IMG/VR virus record: IMGVR_UViG_2615840722_000002
Location: 3,936 to 67,935 of that record
Origin: a virus
Taxonomy: Duplodnaviria > Caudoviricetes
Reading direction: 5' to 3' (one strand)
DNA: 64,000 bases
Under the pieces are notes generated by a model. That model did not search any database and was not told the DNA's origin. It saw only the letters and a list, made by a program, of their open reading frames with translations. Shown in pieces: positions 37,961 through 46,509 of the stretch (positions are counted from its first letter, which is position 1; each line of letters begins with the position of its first letter). Position numbers and translations under genes: made by a program.

Positions 37961-38339
37961 GTTGTTCCTCCAGTAGTTCCGGGTTTTGATAGATGTTTCC
38001 GATGATTTCGAGTTGATCCCAGTTAATACACGAATCAAAATAGCTAGGGTTATTCTTGAATTTCAAACCAAAACAACCATCTTGATAAGCTACATACATA
38101 GGCTCATCGCTACCATTTATATCTCCCTCGTAAATGTCACGTCCATTCCGATCCTTCAGCCCGGTGTATTGCATAAGTTCTGCTTCAATCCACAATCCTC
38201 TACCATTCATGTACGATGCTTTTATTAGTCCAGAGGATATTCCAGCGACTATATTTGTACCTAACAAGTTTATTTCTTCTAGTTCATACACCATTGTTTT
38301 TGTTTCTGGATTCCAAGCTCTAAACTTGATCTCTCGCAT
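37953..38339 (-). CDS. YopX family protein
   Basis: MREIKFRAW, LMQYTGLKD.NG.DIYEGD, EIIGNIYQNPELL. Confidence 0.92.
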   Translation of the reverse strand: MREIKFRAWNPETKTMVYELEEINLLGTNIVAGISSGLIKASYMNGRGLWIEAELMQYTGLKDRNGRDIYEGDINGSDEPMYVAYQDGCFGLKFKNNPSYFDSCINWDQLEIIGNIYQNPELLEEQHG

Positions 38340-38721
38340 ATTCTCCCTCCAGCAATTCCGGGTTTTGATAGATGTTTCCGATAATTTCTAGTCGGTCGTC
38401 TTGAAAATCAAATAGAGAATCAAAATCAAGTGGACTATCAGGATATTGAAGCAAGAAGCTGCCGGTTTCATAAATAATGACTGCTGTTTCATTATCTTCG
38501 TTGTTTACAAGGTCGCCCTCATAAATATCCTTACCGTTCTTATCTTTTAGCCCGGTGTATTGCATTAAGATAAAGTCATCATCTTCGTCATATTGGCTCT
38601 CCGAACAGCGCAACACACCATTAACAAATCCAGCAAAAAAAATCTCATTGTTATTCTCTGTATCTGGCATAAACATTTCTTTTTCTTGCTTATCCCAAGC
38701 CCTAAACTTAATCTCGCGCAT
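38320..38721 (-). CDS. YopX family protein (tandem paralog)
   Basis: Same YopX motifs. Confidence 0.92.
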   Translation of the reverse strand: MREIKFRAWDKQEKEMFMPDTENNNEIFFAGFVNGVLRCSESQYDEDDDFILMQYTGLKDKNGKDIYEGDLVNNEDNETAVIIYETGSFLLQYPDSPLDFDSLFDFQDDRLEIIGNIYQNPELLEGEYARDQV

Positions 38722-38843
38722 ATTCTCCCTCCAGTAGTTCCATGCTTTCATCCACTTTCCATGGATCGCCTACATAATCACCGCATTTTTGACTCCCGCA
38801 CAAATCAACGAATATGCATGTTTTACACACGTTATCTTCCTCC

Positions 38844-39272
38844 CTACGTAGATGACACCTTTTGCTTTGGCGGACGCCCGCGCCGTACATTTTTCAACTT
38901 CATTTTTCCATCACATTTTGTACAGGTACCGAATCCATCTTCTTTTTGTGGTCTATATGTTTCATGCTGACAATCTACACAACGAACCTTGTGTCTTTTT
39001 AATGAGGTTGCTGTAGGAGCTTTAATCATAGGTGCTTTAACTGGCTTCATCTTGCTAAAATTAACTTTTTTTCCTTCCGACATTGCGTTGTACATTTGTT
39101 GTATCCTAATTCCTACAGGGCATTGAGTATTGCAATATTGGATAAACTCTGCACTTTCGCTTCTTTTGTTTGTTGGAAACTGGCTTTTCTGGGCGCAGCG
39201 TCCGCATTGTGTATCTAGTAAGTAACCAATATGAACCCTAATTTGAGATTTTTTATGTTTCGTAAGAGACAT
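38844..39272 (-). CDS. zinc-finger protein (zf-C2HCIx2C-like)
   Basis: CGRC...CNTQCPVGIRI plus CVDC/CTKC. Confidence 0.7.
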   Translation of the reverse strand: MSLTKHKKSQIRVHIGYLLDTQCGRCAQKSQFPTNKRSESAEFIQYCNTQCPVGIRIQQMYNAMSEGKKVNFSKMKPVKAPMIKAPTATSLKRHKVRCVDCQHETYRPQKEDGFGTCTKCDGKMKLKNVRRGRPPKQKVSST

Positions 39273-39284
39273 GTCTACCCTCCC

Positions 39285-39506
39285 TTACACAACGGTTTCT
39301 TTTCCGCATAACTCATTTTTGCACTTGCGTATCCATAAGCTGTCACGTAGAAACGGTTTGAATTTTCCGCTCCCGCATTCACATACACCGGGGCGTGGTT
39401 TATTCGCTGTTGTTGACTGCACTACCCTTTCCGCTTTACCAGCTCCCTTGCTGGAACCGACCTGAACGCCTGTACTTTCGCCAAACAGGTTCAGTTGCTC
39501 ACTCAT
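39285..39506 (-). CDS. small Zn-ribbon protein
   Basis: CECGS...RKCKNELCG. Confidence 0.6.
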   Translation of the reverse strand: MSEQLNLFGESTGVQVGSSKGAGKAERVVQSTTANKPRPGVCECGSGKFKPFLRDSLWIRKCKNELCGKETVV

Positions 39507-40600
39507 GCTTTAACCTCTCCCATCTCCTTCAGCAATTCTTGTACACGACGTTTCTTTTCGTCGGTATCCTCGGCTGAAGCTTTTCCCTCGGATGGATTGA
39601 ATTCACCAGCAGCCATTCGCTGTTGTCGTTCTATTTGTTCGCGAATGAGTGGCGGTAATTCATCTTTACGCTGATTCTGATAGCCTCTTTTCCCGCCTAT
39701 ATGAGGTTTAGTGGAACCGGTTGGCTTTACTGATCCTTCATCTGGATTAAATCGCTCTACATCTCGTAGCGCCTTTTCCCGCTCTGTTTTCTCGTAGTGC
39801 ATTTGCCGAATGACCGTAGAGCAGTAAGAGAATGCCCTGATTTTGTCTCCTGAATATTTCGGTTCATAGGTATCAAATGCTCGGTCGATACCAGCAATAA
39901 TGGTTTCAGACGATATTCCTTCTTTCAAAATCTCTGTGATGGCCTTACTGTCTTTTCCGTTTAAGCAAAATCCTCCACGGCGCATGATATAATGCTGCTC
40001 AATCTTGTTAAACCGATCTGTCGGCGATATTTCTTCCTGGACGGCACCAGGAGCGGTAATCGGAATCCCGTCGCCTTTTGGTTTTGAAGTAGGTTCAAAA
40101 TCATCCTCTTGCGCGTGTTCTTGCTTACTATCAATCAATCTATCTTTCTCTGTAAAATCATTACTAAGTGATAAATCATTATTTAGTAGCGGTCGATTTT
40201 CCACAGGGTGGTTTTCCCACCCGCTGGTTTCCCCAGTGGGTGGATTTTTGACTTCTGGACGTTTATCATCCAGAGGCGGCTTTTCACCTTCTGGCGCTTG
40301 TGGTACTTCATAAACGAATGTGCCCCATTCTTTGACCTTTCCTTTTTCATCCCTAATGGGCTCCCGAACAACATATCCGCGTTCCTTTAGCTCTTTGATG
40401 GCTGATTTAATGACGCCGACCCCTTCAGGGGAATGCGTGGCCAACTCTTCATTATGGAACTTCCAGTTATCCGGCATTGAGAGCATGTAGGCCAGGAGCC
40501 CTTTTGCTTTCCATGAGAGCTGCTTGTCCTGCAACCCTGTTTTGTTCATTACGATAAAATTGGTGTCTTTCTTGACTCGATAAACGGTTTTATCATTCAT
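39503..40600 (-). CDS. phage replication initiator (N-terminal wHTH, DnaD-like C-terminal domain)
   Basis: LSWKAKGLLAYMLSMPDNW, IKELKERGY; IRAFSYC; internal repeats. Confidence 0.8.
   Translation of the reverse strand: MNDKTVYRVKKDTNFIVMNKTGLQDKQLSWKAKGLLAYMLSMPDNWKFHNEELATHSPEGVGVIKSAIKELKERGYVVREPIRDEKGKVKEWGTFVYEVPQAPEGEKPPLDDKRPEVKNPPTGETSGWENHPVENRPLLNNDLSLSNDFTEKDRLIDSKQEHAQEDDFEPTSKPKGDGIPITAPGAVQEEISPTDRFNKIEQHYIMRRGGFCLNGKDSKAITEILKEGISSETIIAGIDRAFDTYEPKYSGDKIRAFSYCSTVIRQMHYEKTEREKALRDVERFNPDEGSVKPTGSTKPHIGGKRGYQNQRKDELPPLIREQIERQQRMAAGEFNPSEGKASAEDTDEKKRRVQELLKEMGEVKA
40150..40296. repeat. degenerate ~15-bp repeats plus AT-rich tract inside the initiator gene (candidate lytic ori)
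   Basis: CGATTTTCCACAGGG/TGGTTTTCCCACCCG/CTGGTTTCCCCAGTG/GGTGGATTTTTGACT; adjacent AAATCATTA x2. Confidence 0.55.
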
Positions 40601-40611
40601 GCTTTCAGCCC

Positions 40612-41028
40612 CTATACTGGCGTTTCTTGCTGTCTTTTTAGTGCTTGATTTTCTTTTTGCAGACGCTTGACCTCTTTTATCAACTTCCGTACATCTTCTG
40701 GCGCATTAGCGATAGCCTGTGCATCAGGATGATTAATGTCTAGGCCGTATTTAGTCATATGAGATACACGAGGAATTGCAAAATCTTCTACCTTGTGCAT
40801 CCCTTCGCTGCCCCGCTCCGTTACAGGCCCCTCATACTTCTCGTATTTTTGAAACATAGGTTGAGCACCTTGCATGCCATATCGCCTAAATTGCATCACA
40901 TGATATCTTCCAGAATGGGTAGTTGATAGATGAACTAATTTATCTGTCTTGTTTACATCCCATCGCCACGGTCCAGGCGTTGCAGCTGCCCAACGATTCT
41001 GTATCTCTTGCAACTCTTGTTCGGTCAC
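40612..41028 (-). CDS. Ead/Ea22-like hypothetical protein
   Basis: AAATPGPWRW...DAQAIANAPEDVRKLIKEV. Confidence 0.65.
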   Translation of the reverse strand: MTEQELQEIQNRWAAATPGPWRWDVNKTDKLVHLSTTHSGRYHVMQFRRYGMQGAQPMFQKYEKYEGPVTERGSEGMHKVEDFAIPRVSHMTKYGLDINHPDAQAIANAPEDVRKLIKEVKRLQKENQALKRQQETPV

Positions 41029-41448
41029 TTTGTTTCCTTCCTTTCTAACTTGGAATTTAAGCCGAAAATCCTCTCATAGCACTTAGAGCAAATTTCTGTG
41101 ACATGTTCTAAACTTTCGACTGTGCAGGCATCATCCCAAGCTGTTTTTTCTTTGCAAGAAGAACATATGATTATCACTCTATCCCCTCCTTTTATCTATC
41201 CGTACTTCAAATCTCCACAACATAAGGTAGATAGTTCCGCGCCACTTTTTCTTTCCCATCTGAATTCCAAAGCAATACTCCCAACCGCCACCAAACCTAC
41301 CCATTGGAGCATCATCCGCTCTGCGTTCAACTTTTACTGTTCGTTTTCCAACTTTGAACCGTTTGATCCAACCTTGATTCGTCTTCTGGCTCATATAACT
41401 TTTCCTTTCTATGGGGCAGGAGCGGCATGGCCGCCCCCGCCGTATCAT

Positions 41449-42327
41449 TTAAAACTTTAGTTGTTCATCAAAATAGTCGAGTATCGTTTGGCAATCTGCG
41501 CATATCCAACCCTTAGGCTCTGGCTTACCAAGTACCAGTTCCCCTGCCTTTCGGATTTCCTGCCCTACTTTGTCTTCTGCATATCCGGCAACGATGGCGG
41601 ACGTCTTGATTCGGTTCATCATGTCTAGGAAGTAGCGTTTGCGTGCTACATCGTCCATCTGTGGCGGTTCTTCTTGTGACATGATTTCCGGTTCCGTCTG
41701 CAAAGGCGTATCATCCACGCGGTAGCTCTTTGTATGTGGCATTTCCTCTTTCGGAATGCTCATTTCTTCTTGTGTAACAAGGCCGGAGATGCCGAACTGA
41801 CGTTTTAAAACGAATACTTCGGCAACCTTTTGAATCATGGCAGAGGGATACTTTTTCCATACATCACTGTTCTTTTTGTACTCTTCGAATTCAACAAAAC
41901 AGACGGCGGGACGGCGGGTTTTATGGTAAGCAGCCGCCCACGCACCGATGATTTTTCCTCGTTTGGCTCCAAATTTGTGTATGACCGCATCGGTCTGGGC
42001 GTCGATTTCGAATATATCTCCCTCTCGAACAACAAAGGATTTTAAGCCTTCAAAGTTCTCGTTTTGCTGTGCGATTTTTAAGTATCCATCCCGGCTAGTC
42101 ATGATGATAGGAGAATCCTGGCTGTTTCCGTATTTGATGAACCATATTTCTTTTAGGAAAGGATCTAAGCTGTAACGCTGGCACAAATGGATGAACATCT
42201 GAAATTCATCATTCGTTGCACCTTTGGCCACTGTGTTTTTAATCACCTGAAGCTTTGTTTCATCGAATTGAAGTGTAGGTACCGATGACTGATTTACTAA
42301 CGATAGATTTCTTTCTGGAACGGCCAT
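41449..42327 (-). CDS. bet: Bet/RecT single-strand annealing protein
   Basis: LDPFLKEIWFIK, SRDGYLKIA, WKKYPSAMIQKVAE..LKRQFGISGL..EE. Confidence 0.9.
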   Translation of the reverse strand: MAVPERNLSLVNQSSVPTLQFDETKLQVIKNTVAKGATNDEFQMFIHLCQRYSLDPFLKEIWFIKYGNSQDSPIIMTSRDGYLKIAQQNENFEGLKSFVVREGDIFEIDAQTDAVIHKFGAKRGKIIGAWAAAYHKTRRPAVCFVEFEEYKKNSDVWKKYPSAMIQKVAEVFVLKRQFGISGLVTQEEMSIPKEEMPHTKSYRVDDTPLQTEPEIMSQEEPPQMDDVARKRYFLDMMNRIKTSAIVAGYAEDKVGQEIRKAGELVLGKPEPKGWICADCQTILDYFDEQLKF

Positions 42328-42584
42328 ATGTCATGCCTCCTTATTGAATTTGAAAGCCGCCCTGTGCTATAATTGGACTAACGATATTTTTTGAGCGACT
42401 TTTTTGAAACGACCTGTTCCCGCAGGTCGTTTTTTATTTCTCTTCCATTACCGGACCTTCTGAACACGCTGGTTCGAAGAAAAGCGGCTCTCCACTGTCG
42501 CCGTAGCAACCGTGAAGGCATTCGCATTGAGCGCAGTGCTCAAAGGCGAGCTTATGATAATCAGCGATCGGGCAAGTGTAGCCG

Positions 42585-42872
42585 TTATACAAAATGTTCA
42601 TCCTCCTCATGGGCCGTAATTACTCCAGTTTCGTGATTAATAACAATACGCAGATACTTATCTTCAACGCTCTTGGTGTTGTATGATGTTAGTTCTTCTT
42701 TGCAGTAAGGACAGTTGCTTAATTCGCTTTCTTCAAATTCATAAAATGATTTTTCGCATGTGGTGCACTGTGTCTTATTAACATCAATGAGTATGTTGCT
42801 GCTTTTCAATCCCTTCGCCTCCTTACTCTTTAGCGCATGAAGCACATTGAAATCTCCAGTGATCTTCTTCAT
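42585..42872 (-). CDS. Zn-ribbon hypothetical protein
   Basis: CTTC...CPYC. Confidence 0.55.
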   Translation of the reverse strand: MKKITGDFNVLHALKSKEAKGLKSSNILIDVNKTQCTTCEKSFYEFEESELSNCPYCKEELTSYNTKSVEDKYLRIVINHETGVITAHEEDEHFV

Positions 42873-43322
42873 CAGGAAAGTAATGTACAGCGGGTTTTCC
42901 GCAAGCGCAAAAGAGAAAATGAAGACGATCCCTTAACTGCAAACTTCCATCTTCCTTTTGATGTAATGTGGGGCTATTTGACTGTTCCACTAGCTTCCTC
43001 CTTCCATTTGATAGCGAGCTGGCGCCCCTACCTCTACGCCAGCAATACGGCTCCGATGGCCGCGCCTGTGTATTCGCTTAGATGAAAGTCAGGGGAAGTA
43101 CGTATGCGACGCAAGAAATGGAGGTTTTCAACTCCTTTCACTCCCCTGTGGTTGTGGTGGCCGTTACCGGGCTTGCACCGGACACAGGCTCGTCCTGTTG
43201 GCCATAGTCGGGCTTATAGCCCGATAAGATGTAGGATTTTCCATCCCCCTTGTCGAATGGTATCTTTCGGAGGAATCAATACTTTGGCGAGTTAGCATTC
43301 TTCCAAATCCATATCGAAAGGG

Positions 43323-43601
43323 GTGGAAATTATGGGTAAAGTCCATCAAATTAGAATGCGGACATTAACCGAAGAGCAAAAAACAAATCTGCAAAACGAG
43401 CTTGTAAACTCAGGTTGGGAAATTGTTGGACATGGCGGCGGAGTCCAATCACCTGAACTTGTTTCAGATGAAGTAAACTGGCTATTAGTTACATGTCCGG
43501 ATAGCGAAAAAGCTACATATCCTTCTGGCTATCAAGTACTTAATGATAAAGAATGTATTCATTGCGGCCTTCCCGTAACGGTTGATTTTTCCAAATGCTA
43601 A
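43323..43601 (+). CDS. counter-oriented hypothetical protein
   Basis: AAGGGGTG RBS; C..CIHCG. Confidence 0.6.
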   Translation: MEIMGKVHQIRMRTLTEEQKTNLQNELVNSGWEIVGHGGGVQSPELVSDEVNWLLVTCPDSEKATYPSGYQVLNDKECIHCGLPVTVDFSKC

Positions 43602-43612
43602 CAAGGGTAAAA

Positions 43613-43819
43613 TCAACTAAAATATTTGTTTAAAACTTTGTTAATAGCTACATGTAATTCAGTCTCAAGTTCTTCTGTTTTTTTAGGTGATAAATCAGGG
43701 AATTCATAGAAATCAATCCGAAGAAACATTTTAGGAACTTCATATTTACTTTGAGTCGCCGTTTGATTGGCGACTTCTTTTTTCAAACGAACAGCAATGT
43801 TTCTTTGAGGTTCATTCAT
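43613..43819 (-). CDS. small hypothetical protein
   Basis: GGAGAGG RBS. Confidence 0.6.
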   Translation of the reverse strand: MNEPQRNIAVRLKKEVANQTATQSKYEVPKMFLRIDFYEFPDLSPKKTEELETELHVAINKVLNKYFS

Positions 43820-43978
43820 TTATCCTCTCCCCCTTTCTAGCACTCTCAGGAGCGCTGTAGGACCTACAGACGATAAATCCCCGGGGTGGTAGAGAGTTGT
43901 CTGTAGGCTCTACAGCAAGCCACTGAGATAAAGCTTGCTGTTTTTCTGTATGCATGGTATATTGTGTACAACCAGTTG

Positions 43979-44203
43979 TTAGGCCGTTATCGAGTTCCCG
44001 CTCATGACGGCTATTTTTGTATAGAATTCCTTGTCTTCCTCGTACATTGTTTTGCTCATTTCGTAACCTTTCATAGCAAGGTCATAGGCCCATTCATTGC
44101 CTTCTTTTTTATATTGTTCCGCTTGCTGCTTAAACGTTTCTATTTCTTTCTTTGCCTCTTCTAACGCTTCAAGAAATCTCTCAATTCGACTCATGCGCCC
44201 CAT
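43979..44203 (-). CDS. small hypothetical protein
   Basis: Coupled within the early operon. Confidence 0.55.
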   Translation of the reverse strand: MGRMSRIERFLEALEEAKKEIETFKQQAEQYKKEGNEWAYDLAMKGYEMSKTMYEEDKEFYTKIAVMSGNSITA

Positions 44204-44427
44204 CCTTTCTGGAATTTTGCCTTTTCTGCTTCAAGCGCTATCCTATTCATCACTAATCGTTCCAGGTATGCCTCATTTTGTTCCGCATCCATAAGGCTCA
44301 TATCATAAAGCATTGTTCTTTCTAACACTTCCTGTATGTTTAAATTTTGTTCCAATATAGTAAGCGGACTTTTCTGTTCACGCGACTTGAGCCTGCTCAC
44401 GTTCTTTCCTCCACCTTTCTTGCACAT
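44191..44427 (-). CDS. small hypothetical protein
   Basis: GGAGG internal RBS suggests a GTG start near 44400. Confidence 0.5.
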   Translation of the reverse strand: MCKKGGGKNVSRLKSREQKSPLTILEQNLNIQEVLERTMLYDMSLMDAEQNEAYLERLVMNRIALEAEKAKFQKGWGA

Positions 44428-44496
44428 TTTTCAAAGCTTGTAGCATGCCTATCTTCTGGTGCTTAGGAAGAGACAGCCATAACCCAACTTTTATTT

Positions 44497-44838
44497 TCAT
44501 GCGCTTCGTCTCCCTTCGTATTCGTATTTAGCCTCCTGGACTACCTCAGATACTAGGTAAGCGAAATGATGCACTGCTTCTTTTCGTACTGGTCGTAATC
44601 CATTTAAGAAGTTGATAAGAAGATTACCGGTATAAACCATGTCCGATAGAATTTCGCCTACAGATGGGACATATCGCTTAGTCTGATAATGCACATGTAT
44701 GTATTGCTTAATGTCAGCGACCATTTCAGTAAACAAGTCATCACCTAGGTTCTTTTTCTCTTGAAGCTTGTCCAATTTGTTCACCTCACTTACTTGATAT
44801 ATCCTTTCGCCTTGAACTTTTGATAAATCCGAATCCAA
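44497..44838 (-). CDS. hypothetical protein
   Basis: Real start probably near 44783. Confidence 0.5.
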   Translation of the reverse strand: MDSDLSKVQGERIYQVSEVNKLDKLQEKKNLGDDLFTEMVADIKQYIHVHYQTKRYVPSVGEILSDMVYTGNLLINFLNGLRPVRKEAVHHFAYLVSEVVQEAKYEYEGRRSA

Positions 44839-45302
44839 ACCCGTCGCCAGGACTTTTTATATTCCCTGCAAATAACAGCGATGTAGTGAAGCAAGGCCAC
44901 TACAGCCTCGGCAGCTTCGTCAAGAACTTCGTCCAGTTTTGCGTTATCATACTCCGACATGCTTTTTGGATGATTGGCAAGACATACACTCCGTATCGCT
45001 TCCATTACTTCTTCTAGCTCTTCTTCCGTTTTGTCTTTTACGCTAGAACGATGAAGGTCTACCGCAGGACCGTTCAAGACTGGAATCCAGCTATATCCGA
45101 TCACCTCTTGCGCGGCTGCTATAGCGTATAATCCATCGTCCATAACTTCTACGCTTTTCCCTATCACTTCTTTAGGCATTTTCCTTCTGTTTTGCTCTAC
45201 CATCGAAACCGCGGACCGGCTGACATTAATCTCATCTGCGAAATCGGTTTGTGTAAGTCCAGCGGCTTCTCTGGCTTCTTTTTGATGTGTGCCAAAAGCC
45301 AT
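44790..45302 (-). CDS. XRE HTH regulator (cII-like position)
   Basis: GLTQTDFADEINVSRSAVSMVEQNRR; VDLHRSSV. Confidence 0.85.
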   Translation of the reverse strand: MAFGTHQKEAREAAGLTQTDFADEINVSRSAVSMVEQNRRKMPKEVIGKSVEVMDDGLYAIAAAQEVIGYSWIPVLNGPAVDLHRSSVKDKTEEELEEVMEAIRSVCLANHPKSMSEYDNAKLDEVLDEAAEAVVALLHYIAVICREYKKSWRRVWIRIYQKFKAKGYIK

Positions 45303-45651
45303 TTATATCACCTCGTTTTGTGTCATTGGATCACTTTTTTGCCACGATTGCCTATGCTACAATTTGTTTAACAGTAGTTGAGGCGTTCTTTGTCGTAGTA
45401 AATAAGGCTATTTAGATACCAAAAACAAAGAATAAAAATCTGAATAGTCAGATATAAAGGTGCGGATAAGCAGGCTGCATGTTCTTTTTTGGCGAAAAAA
45501 ACTACGCAGTATTAATATACATCAGCACATATGTTCCTATTGTTTCTACCACACCATTTCCCGCCTTGCTTACTACGCTAGTTTTAAACGGTGGTTTTAC
45601 TCATTGGAAACATTTTCAGATTATATTTTGCGTCATTTTGGATATAATTTA

Positions 45652-45879
45652 TTATGCCGTTATTTTATTTTGTTGCTTTTTGACGCATTTTTCATTAAAA
45701 AAAAGAGTCCATTCTACCTTTAAAACCTTAGCAATTTTTTTCGCCAACGGAACACTTGGTGTTCGGGTTCCGCCTATAATATGGGCGATATGCCCCCTTG
45801 AAACTTTCACTTTTTTCGCTAATTCACTTGTAGATATTTCAAGCTTCTGAAGAGAATCAATCATCCATTGTCGTTTCAT
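45652..45879 (-). CDS. cro: Cro-like HTH repressor
   Basis: ELAKKVKVSRGHIAHIIGGTRTPSVPLAKKIA..EWTLFF; start MKRQW. Confidence 0.85.
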   Translation of the reverse strand: MKRQWMIDSLQKLEISTSELAKKVKVSRGHIAHIIGGTRTPSVPLAKKIAKVLKVEWTLFFNEKCVKKQQNKITA

Positions 45880-45892
45880 ATCATCACCCCTT

Positions 45893-46008
45893 TGCGTCTC
45901 TATGACTACATTATAATGTGTCACTATGACATAGTCAATACCCCTTGCGTCTAATTGACAACATTTTTTTATGTGTCTTTTTGACGCATTATAAGTATAA
46001 TAAATAAT
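45893..46008. promoter_or_regulatory. genetic switch: four operators and divergent promoters
   Basis: TGYGTC-N5-GAC at 45893, 45917, 45946 and 45972; cro promoter TTGACT-17-TATAAT (45938-45910, minus). Confidence 0.75.
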
Positions 46009-46028
46009 GAAAGGAGATCGATTTTGCA

Positions 46029-46454
46029 ATGAATGAATTTCCCATTCGTCTTAAATCTTTAAGAAAATCAAGAAAGAAAACACAACAAGATATGGCCGAT
46101 CTTCTTAGCATCGCCAGGGGATCTTATGCACAGTATGAAATCGGAAGAAGAAATCCTGATTATGATACAATTCAAAAACTAGCTGATTTCTTCAGTGTAT
46201 CTATCGACTACCTTCTTGGAAGAACAGATAATCCCGCCACAAACGTTATTAAAAACAATAGCGCTTCTGAATTGGCTATAAACGATAATAAAAATAGTGA
46301 TGAAGATAGACCATTAACAAAAGAGGCTGTTGAAGAGTTATTCGCGGATGATCCAGAAGGAAAAGAGCTAATGCTTTTAATGATGGAACTACCACCCGAG
46401 AAAAAGAAAATTGTAAAAGAATTACTAAAGCAATTTAGGGAGACTGAAAAATAA
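46029..46454 (+). CDS. cI: CI/Xre-type immunity repressor (no S24 peptidase domain)
   Basis: TQQDMADLL..YEIGRRNPDYDT..LADFFSVSIDYLLGRTD; divergent from cro. Confidence 0.88.
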   Translation: MNEFPIRLKSLRKSRKKTQQDMADLLSIARGSYAQYEIGRRNPDYDTIQKLADFFSVSIDYLLGRTDNPATNVIKNNSASELAINDNKNSDEDRPLTKEAVEELFADDPEGKELMLLMMELPPEKKKIVKELLKQFRETEK

Positions 46455-46455
46455 G

Positions 46456-46492
46456 TAAAACGACCGCACTTTATAGGAACGGTCGTTTTTTA
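46456..46492. terminator. bidirectional terminator
   Basis: AAAACGACCG...CGGTCGTTTTTT. Confidence 0.8.
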
Positions 46493-46509
46493 CTTTACAT
46501 ATTCTTAAC

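Noticed and set aside
37953-38741. DGR template/variable repeat pair
   Set aside because: Differences are not adenine-specific and no reverse transcriptase is present
42406-42420. Possible SOS box AAACGACCTGTTC
   Set aside because: Wrong half-site and spacing; it is one arm of a terminator hairpin
43855-43946. Long hairpin pair in the early operon
   Set aside because: Compatible with an ordinary terminator or processing site; nothing supports a specific role
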